64,000 nucleotides of DNA from Octopus vulgaris (taxonomy: Eukaryota). The notes under the pieces were generated by a model. The model worked only from the letters and a program-made list of their open reading frames with translations. It did not search any database and was not told the origin of the DNA. The stretch covers positions 28,334,001 to 28,398,000 of the forward strand of contig OX597828.1 of the NCBI GenBank assembly GCA_951406725.2, given 5' to 3'. This document shows, one piece after another, positions 54,057 to 64,000 of this stretch (positions are counted from its first letter, which is position 1; the number at the start of each line of letters is the position of its first letter). The translations under genes were made by a program, and so were the position numbers.

Positions 54057-54159
54057 TATATATATTAGGCTGGAGCCTGGTGCAGCCTACTGGCTTGCTA
54101 GTCCTCAGTCAAACCGTCCAATCCATGCCAGCATGGAAAACGGACATTAAATGATGATG

Positions 54160-54182
54160 ATGATAGATAGATAAGATGGATG

Positions 54183-54238
<56 letters not shown>

Positions 54239-54247
54239 TAGACAGAC

Positions 54248-54296
<49 letters not shown>

Positions 54297-54392
54297 TAGA
54301 CAGATAGATAGATAGATACAATGATAGATAGATATAGACTGACAGATAGATAGATAGATAGATAGATAGATAGGTATAGACAGACAGACGAG
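54160..54392. repeat. (GATA)n/(GACA)n microsatellite grown from a (GAT)n RTE tail
   Basis: Seen directly; follows the family B fragment at 54068-54163. Confidence 0.9.
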
Positions 54393-54945
54393 ACATGTTT
54401 GAACTGTGTTCCTTGCAAATTTTAAACATCTCTCAGAACTTAAAAACCACTTTTGAGCTCATCTAACAAGAAGAGGTCAAAGTTTGAATGAGATCAAACT
54501 ACTTCTCTCTCTGTATATATGTGTGTGTGTTTATATATATATATATAATCAGACTGTAAGGTGTTTAGCTTTTAGAAGGGCATCCAGCTGAAAAAAACCA
54601 TGCCACAACTAACCTCACTTATGCTTGTGCTACATAAAAAGCACTAAGTCCACTCTGCCGGGTGGTTGGCATTAGGAACGGCATCCAGCCATAAAAAAAC
54701 CTTGCCAAAACAGACGCAGGAGTCTGGTGCAGTCTTCTGTCTGGCCAGCTCCTGTCACATCGTCCAACCCATACCAGTATGGAAAGCAGATTTTAAACGA
54801 TGATGATGATGATGATGGTGGTGATGTAACCCTTTACTTTTCCTTCAAACTAGAATTCCTTATTTTATTACGCCTGTTTATTTATTTATTTTTCTTTTAA
54901 ACTTTGTTTGTGTGGGCTCCAAATGCAGAATATCTCAATCTAAAG

Positions 54946-55000
<55 letters not shown>

Positions 55001-55240
55001 CTCTCTCTCTCTCTCAACCATATGGCTCCTCCCTTATTATCTTTCAACCTTCCTCATACATATCATTTACCACTAGCATTTATATTTACACATTATGGAT
55101 TAATTGATTTCCTTCTTTCTTTCTTTCTTTCTTCCTTCTGCCCCTTATGCACACCTCAACCACTCCACTGCCACATTCTCACATTTTCCAAGCATATCTA
55201 AACCTTATCTTTCTGCCTTTGCCACCTTCCTACATATGAA

Positions 55241-55272
<32 letters not shown>

Positions 55273-55569
55273 TTCACACATGCACACGTATATTTGACTT
55301 GGTGTTATATAAATATGTGAACACGTTTAAATCTATATTTATGATTTTAATTGAGAAATATTTAATTAACTCACATTAATGAGTCTGCCGAGATATGGTT
55401 AGCAACAAAACTTTGTCTCATAATGTATGAAATAAAATATTTTCCTTAATATAATAATAGTTTGTTGGTTGGGAGATAAGAAATATAGATAAACACAACA
55501 ATATATGTGTGTCTCTTTTTGTATGCTCACATTCACAAACACACACAGGGTCACATGGGTGTATGTATC

Positions 55570-55647
<78 letters not shown>

Positions 55648-55681
55648 CATACACATGTGTGTGTGTGAGAGTGTGTGTGTG

Positions 55682-55797
<116 letters not shown>

Positions 55798-55957
55798 TCC
55801 AGGCATGACTGTGTGGAAAGAAGCTTGCTTCCCAACAAATGGCCCTGGGTTCAGTCCTACTGCGTGGCACCTTGTGCTGGTGTCTTCTACTATAACCTCA
55901 GGCTGACCAAAGCTTTGTGAGTGGAGTTGGTAGACAGAAACTGAAAGAAGCCTGTTT

Positions 55958-55989
<32 letters not shown>

Positions 55990-56360
55990 AACACACACAC
56001 ATGCATGAACATAAATTCATATCTATAAAGTGTGCACATTATCATATTGAGACCCAGAACAAACCCACACAGTCTCATATATGTTAATAAGTTTACATTA
56101 TACATAAATTCCGCAGTTATAAATATTTACTCTTGTTTCTGTGTGGTAAGAAAAATCAGATTTTACTCATTTATCAAAAATTATTAAAAATTCAGTTGAT
56201 TACATGCCAATAATAATGCATGTGAATATGTTTGTATGTGTGTATGTGTAAATATAGATATATATAGATATATATCATCGTTTATAATCATTCGAAAGAA
56301 AGTAAGAAAATGGAGATATAACATTTAATAAAAATTTATCATCTGCAAAAATCAAGCATG

Positions 56361-56446
56361 GGCCCTTACAGCTGTTTCAGTTAGGCCTAACAGATGAAAT
56401 AGTAATTAACAAAATCATTATATTAGGCAAAATCTCTTCAGTGGAG
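56361..56446 (-). ncRNA. Decayed hammerhead-like motif with long stem II
   Basis: Minus strand reads CTCCA-CTGAAGA-...GCCTAA...TTAGGC...-GAAA-CAGCTG-TA-AGGG. Confidence 0.45.
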
Positions 56447-56513
56447 TAGAAAAAAGATATACTGTTAGGTTTTTAAGTGTTGTATTTTAGAATCACCACA
56501 GCAGAGTATATAT

Positions 56514-56547
<34 letters not shown>

Positions 56548-56552
<5 letters not shown>

Positions 56553-56778
56553 GGCCCCAAAGTAGGTTTACAGTAATTCAACTATCTCTTTTGCATTCAT
56601 ATATTAACAGTTTAGGTCTTAATAATAAAAACTATGAAACCATTATTCTGAGCTAATTTAGTTAATTTTGTCAAGCTTCCTTTTCAGTTTGTAAGGTAGA
56701 AATTTAAATGTAATAAAACGTTTTAAAAGAAATTTAAAGTGCCTACGTGATAACTATAAACCTACATTTGGGCCACAA
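56548..56778. mobile_element. Tc1/mariner-type MITE (~230 bp) in (TA)n
   Basis: TIRs AGGGTGGCCCCAAAGTAGGTTTACAGT / ACTATAAACCTACATTTGGGCCAC. Confidence 0.75.
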
Positions 56779-56816
56779 TATATATATATATGTGTAGGTA
56801 CATGTGTATGTATGTA

Positions 56817-56848
<32 letters not shown>

Positions 56849-56967
56849 AGGTACATGTGTATGTATATAATATATATATATATTACATACATATACATGT
56901 ACCTACACACATCACATATGTATCTAGTATCATCATCATCATGAGATATTTTACAGATACCCTGATA

Positions 56968-57222
56968 TCATCATCATCATCATCATCATCATCATCGTTT
57001 AACGTCCGTTTTCCGCGCTAGCACGGGTTGGACGGTTTCGACCGGGGTCTGGGGAGCTCGGGACTGCCCCAGGCTCCAGTCTAGTCTGGCAGTGTTTCTA
57101 CAGCTGGATGCCCTTCCTAACGCCAACCACTCCGCGAGTGTAGTGGGTGTTTTTTATGTGCCACATGCACAGGTGCCAGAGGGGTCTGGCATCGGCCACG
57201 TTCGGATGGTGCTTTTTATGTA
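56968..57222 (-). mobile_element. RTE 3' UTR fragment (family B), CpG-rich and probably young
   Basis: (CAT)n-CGTTTAACGTCCGTTTTCCGCGCTAGCACGGG... Confidence 0.85.
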
Positions 57223-58937
57223 TAGATATATATATATATCAATATACTTTATAAATGCATGTGTGCATTATATATATAAAACTAGCATTCAACTTTCTCT
57301 CTCTCTCACACACACACACACAAGCACATATATGTATGTATGTGTCTATATATATATATATATATATTATCTGATACTGGATCACCTCCTCTAATGCCCC
57401 CTCTGTTGTGGCGAGATGCCTGCTTCTATCTCTCAGTGTCTCTGTCACACTCTAACTTTTCATCCTCTGACACACAAGTTCCCCTCCTGAAATGCCCCTA
57501 CCCCTCTCATAATTCCTCTTCTTATGAGTTACTTGGTTACCTGGCCAGTGCTGCTGCCACATTAAAACCATCCAGTCCAGACCATGCTGTAATGTGGTTG
57601 CTATTTGGAAGGGCATCCAGCTGTAAAAATCATGCCAAAACTAACCTCACCTGTGCTGGTGTCATGTAAAAAGCACTGAGTCCACTCTGTGGAGTGGTTG
57701 GTTTTAGGAAGGGCATCTAGCCGTAAAATCCCTGCCAAAACAGACCAAGTAGCCTAGGGTAGTTTTTCTACCTGGCCAGCTCCTGCAAAGCATCCTATCC
57801 ATGCAAGCATGGAAGATAGATGCTAAACGATGATGATGGTGGTGGTGGTGGTGGTGGTGGTGGTGGTGGTGGTGGTGGTGTTGGTAGTGGTGGTGTGTGT
57901 GTATGTGTTTGTGTGTCTTCTTCTTTGTTCCCCATTTACAGTTGGCAACCAGTGTTGATTTTGTTTTACATCCCCATGACTTAGCAGTTCAGCAAAAAGG
58001 AAACGAATAAAATAAGTACCAGGCTTAAAATAAAAAAAAAAAAAACATCAATCCATTTGACTAAACCCTTTAAGGTGGTGCTCCAGCATGACTGCGGTCT
58101 AATAACTGAAATGTGTAAAATATGGAAGATAAAAAAAAGAGACATGCACACACGCATACACACATACATATATCTATCTTCATATAAACACACACACACA
58201 GTGCTAAACAGACAAACACATTACTACATATATGTATGTATATATATATATATATATATGTATTCAATATATATAATATGTATGTATGTATGTATATTTC
58301 TATGTTGTCCCATTTATGTCTGAATATATTTTCATGTCATTATTACGACATTATCTATTAATCATTGAGTGATCAATAAATATATATTTCCTGTAATAGA
58401 TTTCCCTGTTAACAACAAAATCCATCACAACCCCCATTGCTGTACATGTAAAAAGTTGTATTAGGAATTTTCTGCATGTAAACACATTATGAATGCATGT
58501 AAATACATGCTTGCATGCAATCATAAATGTGTGTGCATGTGTGTGTGTGTGAGATCATGATGATGATCATCATCATTATCATCACATATGAATAAATGCA
58601 CTCAACTGTGTGTGTGTGTGTGTGAATACTCCTTCATATATGCATGTGTATATCATAGATATTCACTTAGTACATGCATACATGCAAACACCTAGATAGT
58701 TTGACATCATTTTTTCCATATGTATATATATAGATCATTTTTGCCATATATATATATATAGCTCATTTTTTTCCATATATGGATCCATATATATATATAT
58801 AGATCGTTTTTGCCATATATATATATATATATATATATAGTATGTATGTATGCATATATAATAATAATAATCATAATAATAATACTATATAGCTCATTTT
58901 TTTCCATATATGGATCCATATATATATAGATCGTTTT

Positions 58938-58989
<52 letters not shown>

Positions 58990-59024
58990 TGTATGTATAT
59001 ATAATAACAATAATACTAATAGTA

Positions 59025-59061
<37 letters not shown>

Positions 59062-59341
59062 TAGTTGATGGAGTAAATAGAAGATAGATTTGGCGCTAGT
59101 CTTTATTCGGTACGGTGATCATTTCGACCCATCTTGCAACTGTGTGATATGAGTAGGATTTTCTGCATCTAATTGTGTTGCATCAGTCTGTGCAGTTTGT
59201 GTTCATTCAGGTACATGCATAATGAAGGGGGTGCCCTGCTAGATATACTGAGATATCCTAGGCATGGTGTTCATGCCTGCTGTATCTTATGTTATATATC
59301 TATTCGTAATATATATATATTAAATACATGTATATTAAATA

Positions 59342-59377
<36 letters not shown>

Positions 59378-59379
<2 letters not shown>

Positions 59380-59675
59380 TGCATGAGTGGCTATGTGGTA
59401 AGTAGCTTGCTTACCAACCACATGGTTCCGGGTTCAGTCCCACTGCATGGCACCTTGGGCAAGTGTCTTCTACTATAGCCTCAGGCCGACCAAAGCCTTG
59501 TGAGTGGTTCCGGGTTCAGTCCCACTGTGTGGTACCTTGGGCAAGTGTCTTCTACTATAGCCTCGGGTCGACCAAAGCCTTGTGAGTGGATTTGGTAGAC
59601 AGAAAATGAAAGAAGCATGTTGTATATATGTAAAAGAAACAGCGGTGCATCAGCATGGCCACAGCTCTGAGCTGA

Positions 59676-59680
<5 letters not shown>
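59378..59680 (+). mobile_element. SINE family A with internal 83-bp tandem duplication
   Basis: 59422-59504 is repeated at 59505-59587. Confidence 0.85.
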
Positions 59681-59706
<26 letters not shown>

Positions 59707-59837
59707 CCTGATTACTGATTTAAAAATCAGTGTTGGAAGGGTGGAAAATAAAAATTAAAATAGGGTCAGAGTGTAATAGTAGATGGGTGAAGAGTGGTTG
59801 AAGGAAAGATTGGTTAAAATAAAATTATCAACATTGA

Positions 59838-60003
59838 TACACTCACAGAGTGGTTGGCGTTAGGAAAGGCATCCAGCTGTAGAAACACTGCCAGATCTGA
59901 CTGGGCCTGATGCAGCCTTCCGGCTTCACAGACCCCAGTTGAACCGTCCAACCCATGCTAGCATGGAAAACGGACGCTAAATGATGATGATGATGATGAT
60001 GAT
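59838..60003 (+). mobile_element. RTE 3' UTR fragment (family B)
   Basis: Near-identical to 29680-29856. Confidence 0.85.
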
Positions 60004-60244
60004 AGGACTTTCCAAAAACTCATCCAAATTGATTGTGTAACATATCAATGAATAATGTAAATGCTGACTATATATAAAAAAAAAACCAAAAACCAAAATA
60101 GGGATTTTGTTGGGGAGAAGAGGTTTTTTGGTTGACTGGATGTAAGCAAACACATTAAGTGCTCTAGCAGCATTGTTGTGTCAGAAAGTGTGAATTATTG
60201 AAGACTAAGGACTATAAAACTGCTAATATTATTCACAGAAAATA

Positions 60245-60550
60245 GGGCAACAAGCTGGCAGATCCATTCAAGCGTCAAACAGCATGCTTTGCAACATTTC
60301 TTCCAATTCTTTATGTTCTGAGTTCAGTTTCTGCTAGAATCAACTTTGCCTATCATTCTTTGTGAATGGGCTGATAAATCACATACCAGTTTACTGCTGG
60401 GGGTCAATGTAATCGACTAATACCCTCCTCCAAAATTTCAGGTTTTGTGCCTATAGTGGAAACTATCTTCATTATTATGAGTTCTGGGGTCAATCTAAAT
60501 TGACTTAACCTCTTCCCAAAATTTCAGGCTTTGTGCCTATAATAGAAAGG

Positions 60551-60600
<50 letters not shown>

Positions 60601-60617
60601 CATCATTATTATTATTA

Positions 60618-60660
<43 letters not shown>

Positions 60661-60880
60661 TATTATTATTTAAAATGGTGAGCTAACAGAGCTGTTAGCA
60701 CATTAGACAAAAGGCTTAGCACCATTTCATTCCGAGTTCAAATTCCTCTAAGATCAACTTAGCTTTTCATCCTTTAAGGGTCAGTGAAATAAGTACCAGT
60801 TGTGTACTGGGGTTGATGTGATCAACTAGTCTGTTATTCCAAAATTTCAGGCTGTGTGGAAACTATTGTGGAAACCATTA
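60245..60880 (+). mobile_element. Two SINE family C copies separated by a (TAT)n tail (60550-60670)
   Basis: Similarity to family C. Confidence 0.7.
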
Positions 60881-61627
60881 TTCACTGAAAACGATAGACC
60901 GATTCGGTTACCAGTTGTTGTAATTCTTGTGGCTGTTTAGTTGTTTGGCGCCATATCAATTCTGATCAAGAAATTCTATGCTCCAAGACACTTCATCTTT
61001 AAACTTCCTACTTCTTAATAAAATACTATTTATGCAGGACTTCATTATCCAATCATTTGTAGTTTTTTAAAAGAACTATACAAGTTGTAATTCAAAGAAA
61101 ATTAGACTATTATTTCTGGCAGGTTGAGCTGTAATATAGGGAATAATTTATTAGCTTATTTTGCTACCAGTTGATAAACAATTGAAGAAAAATATTTTAA
61201 AATAGTCACAAGATATTTAGTAACCTTCTGCCTGCACAGCTTACAGTTATGGCACTTCATGGTTTCACTTAGTTAAGTTATTATAGGTCATACATGTTGT
61301 CTTTTTCTGATTTTAGGAATGTCAAGTTGTATATAATAGGTGGAACCTAGTATATTCAATTCTCTCTCTCTATATATATATATATATGTGTGTGTATGCC
61401 TCCTAGCATGAGGCATTTATGTATAGTAATGCCCTTAATATAAATAAATATATTTAAAGGGAATAATTAATAAATTTTTCCCTTATGAGGTTTTTCACGC
61501 TAACTGCTTGATAATTTCTTATAAAGATTTTATCCTATTTTTAAATTGTAAAAAAAATATATATATATTCATGTGTGTGTATGTGTATCTATATAGATGT
61601 GTGTGTGTATATATGTATATATACATG

Positions 61628-61670
<43 letters not shown>

Positions 61671-62142
61671 ATATATATATAGGAATGTTTGTGTATATGT
61701 ATGTATATATATATATGTGTGTGTGCACATATGTATATATGCTTATATATATATATTAAAGAACCTACTAAGTTATGGGGATATCAACAACTCTGGTTGT
61801 CAGTTGATAGTGAGGAAATCAAAGACAAACACACACACACACAGATATATTAATCTTCATTTTTATATCAGTTTATAATTAAAACAATTTAACATTAAAC
61901 TGAAAAATTGCTCAATACATTTTATAGAGTACAAAATTACTATTCTTTAACGAGAATGATATTAACAGTGATTTTATAGGCTTCTACACAGTTTCCATTG
62001 GCCAAATTCACTCACTGGCAAGGCATTTATCAGCCAAGAGCTATAATAAAAATCACTTGCCCGAGTGCCCTGCATTGGGGCTGAACCCAAAACCATGTGG
62101 ATGCAAAACAAGGTTGTGAACCACACGGCCGTGTTTGCACTT

Positions 62143-62175
<33 letters not shown>

Positions 62176-62315
62176 GTTTAGCGTCCTTTTTCCATGCTAG
62201 CATGGGTTGGACGGGCTAGCATAAGGAGTTTTGTGGTGTAATGCTGCTGTGTGGAAACAAATACACCTGATATACATAATGAATGAACTGACTAAGCAGT
62301 TGTCATCCAGAATAG

Positions 62316-62348
<33 letters not shown>

Positions 62349-62599
62349 TGTGGGATAGAACTGCAGACCTATTGCAACAGACTGGATGTGGCTGAGGTGT
62401 CAATAGTTAATTTATAATTAATCAAGAAGTGTTGTTGGTAGGTGAGACAGTGGGAAGGTTTGTAGTAAAGCTTGTTTGCCTCTATGGCTGCTAAATTCAT
62501 CCACCTGTAAGAGCAACTGAAGAAAGACTGGTAACCAAGAGTTTCTCCTCTGTGCCTAGCTGCTTCTTACGTGGATGAGGATTAGATAAAATTCATGGG

Positions 62600-63005
62600 T
62601 AGACATGGCAATGTGGTTAAGAAGTTCGCTTTGCAACCATGTGGTTTTAGGTTCAGTCCCCCTGTACAGCACCTTGAGTATCTTTGGCTATAGTCCCAGG
62701 TTGAACAATGCCTTGTGAGTGAATTCCATAGATGAAAACTGAAATTAACCCATCATATAAATATATACGTATCTGTTTATTTATCTCTTTTGTGTTTGTG
62801 TTCCTCACAACTTCTTGGCAATTGGTGTAGGGTTTTTTTTTTCTTTTATGTCTCCATAACTTAGCAATTCAACAAAAAAGACTAATAGAATAAGTACAAG
62901 ACTTTAAAAATAAAAGAACAGGGATTGATTTGTTCAACTAGACCCTTCAGTGTTGTGCCCCAGCAGGGCCACAGTCCAATGATTGAAAGAAATAAAAGAT
63001 AAAAG
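62600..63005 (+). mobile_element. SINE family A, diverged full length
   Basis: Similarity to family A. Confidence 0.75.
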
Positions 63006-63267
63006 ACATATCCAATGGAAACCCCTAATGTGACAAATAAGGGATTAGGGTGTATCTGTGAATGCCAATTGTCTGTTAAAGGTAACCTCAGGGGCACTTT
63101 TAATTATTTTTAAGGTAAAACAAAGCACTTCACTTCAATATATGCCACAATTCATTATAAAAACAATATGAAATTTTTATTTGTCTTCATCACAGTGTTG
63201 TGGAAGAATGTTTTATCCTAACTGTTGTGGTAATACAACATCTGTTGATTAATATTATCATTAGGAT

Positions 63268-64000
63268 AAGGCAGTGAGCTGGCAGAAACGTTAGCGTGCC
63301 AGGCAAAATGCTTAGCGGTATTTCATCTGTCTTTTCATTCTGAGTTTAAATTCTGCCAAGGTTGACTTTGCCTTTCAGCTTTTCAGGGTCAATAAATTAA
63401 GTGCCAGTTGTGTACTGGGGTCAATATAATCAACTGGCTCCCTCCCCACAAAATTTCAGGCCTTGTGCCTAGAGTAGAAAAGAACATTTAAGGCAGCGAG
63501 TGGGCAGAAGCATTAGCACACCAGGCAAAATGCCTAGCGGTATTTCATCTGTCTTTATGTTCTGAGTTCAAATTCTGCCATGGTTGAGTTTGCCTTTCAT
63601 CTTTTCAGGGTTGGTAAATTAAGTTCCAGTTGCATACTGGGATCAATCTAATCGACTGGCCCCTTCCCCAAAAATATCAGGCCTTGTGCCTTGAGTAGAA
63701 AAGAATATTATCATTGGGAAGTCAGCAGACTCATAACATTGTTAGCATGTTGCACAAAATGCTTAGCAACATCTCTTCCAGCTCTCTCTGATTCTGAGTT
63801 CAAATGCAGCCAAGGCCAGATTTACCTCTCATACTTTTGGGATTAACAAAATAAGTACCAGTTGTGCACTGGGGTCGATATAATTAAGGAGCCCCTTACC
63901 CCAATAGTTACGGCCTTGTGCCTATTATACAAAGAATTTGTTACCATTATTGGGAAGGTAATGAGCTGCTAGGGTTGTTGCCAAACCAGATGAAGTGCTC
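63268..64000 (+). mobile_element. Head-to-tail array of SINE family C (three copies plus the start of a fourth)
   Basis: Units start at ~63268, ~63490, ~63716 and ~63953. Confidence 0.8.

Overview
AT-rich eukaryotic DNA made up mostly of microsatellites and interspersed repeats. The repeat families look like those of Octopus (inference; no database search was run). No intact protein-coding gene can be supported, and almost all ORF-track entries are translations of (TA)n/(CA)n repeats. Recognisable content: many tRNA-derived SINE copies from at least four families, 5'-truncated RTE LINE 3' ends with (GAT)n tails, R4/Dong-type LINE 3' fragments, a decayed full-length DD37D (maT) Tc1/mariner transposon at 22244-23468, and several MITEs. 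The strongest unannotated signal is a dispersed set of Penelope-like element (PLE) remnants. They carry hammerhead-ribozyme-like motifs (best at 31814-31908, with variant cores at 20222-20265, 3095-3130 and 53459-53494). They also appear to produce at least five fold-back structures with 60-110 bp arms. A few unique stretches may be exons, at low confidence. All folds and alignments were read by eye.
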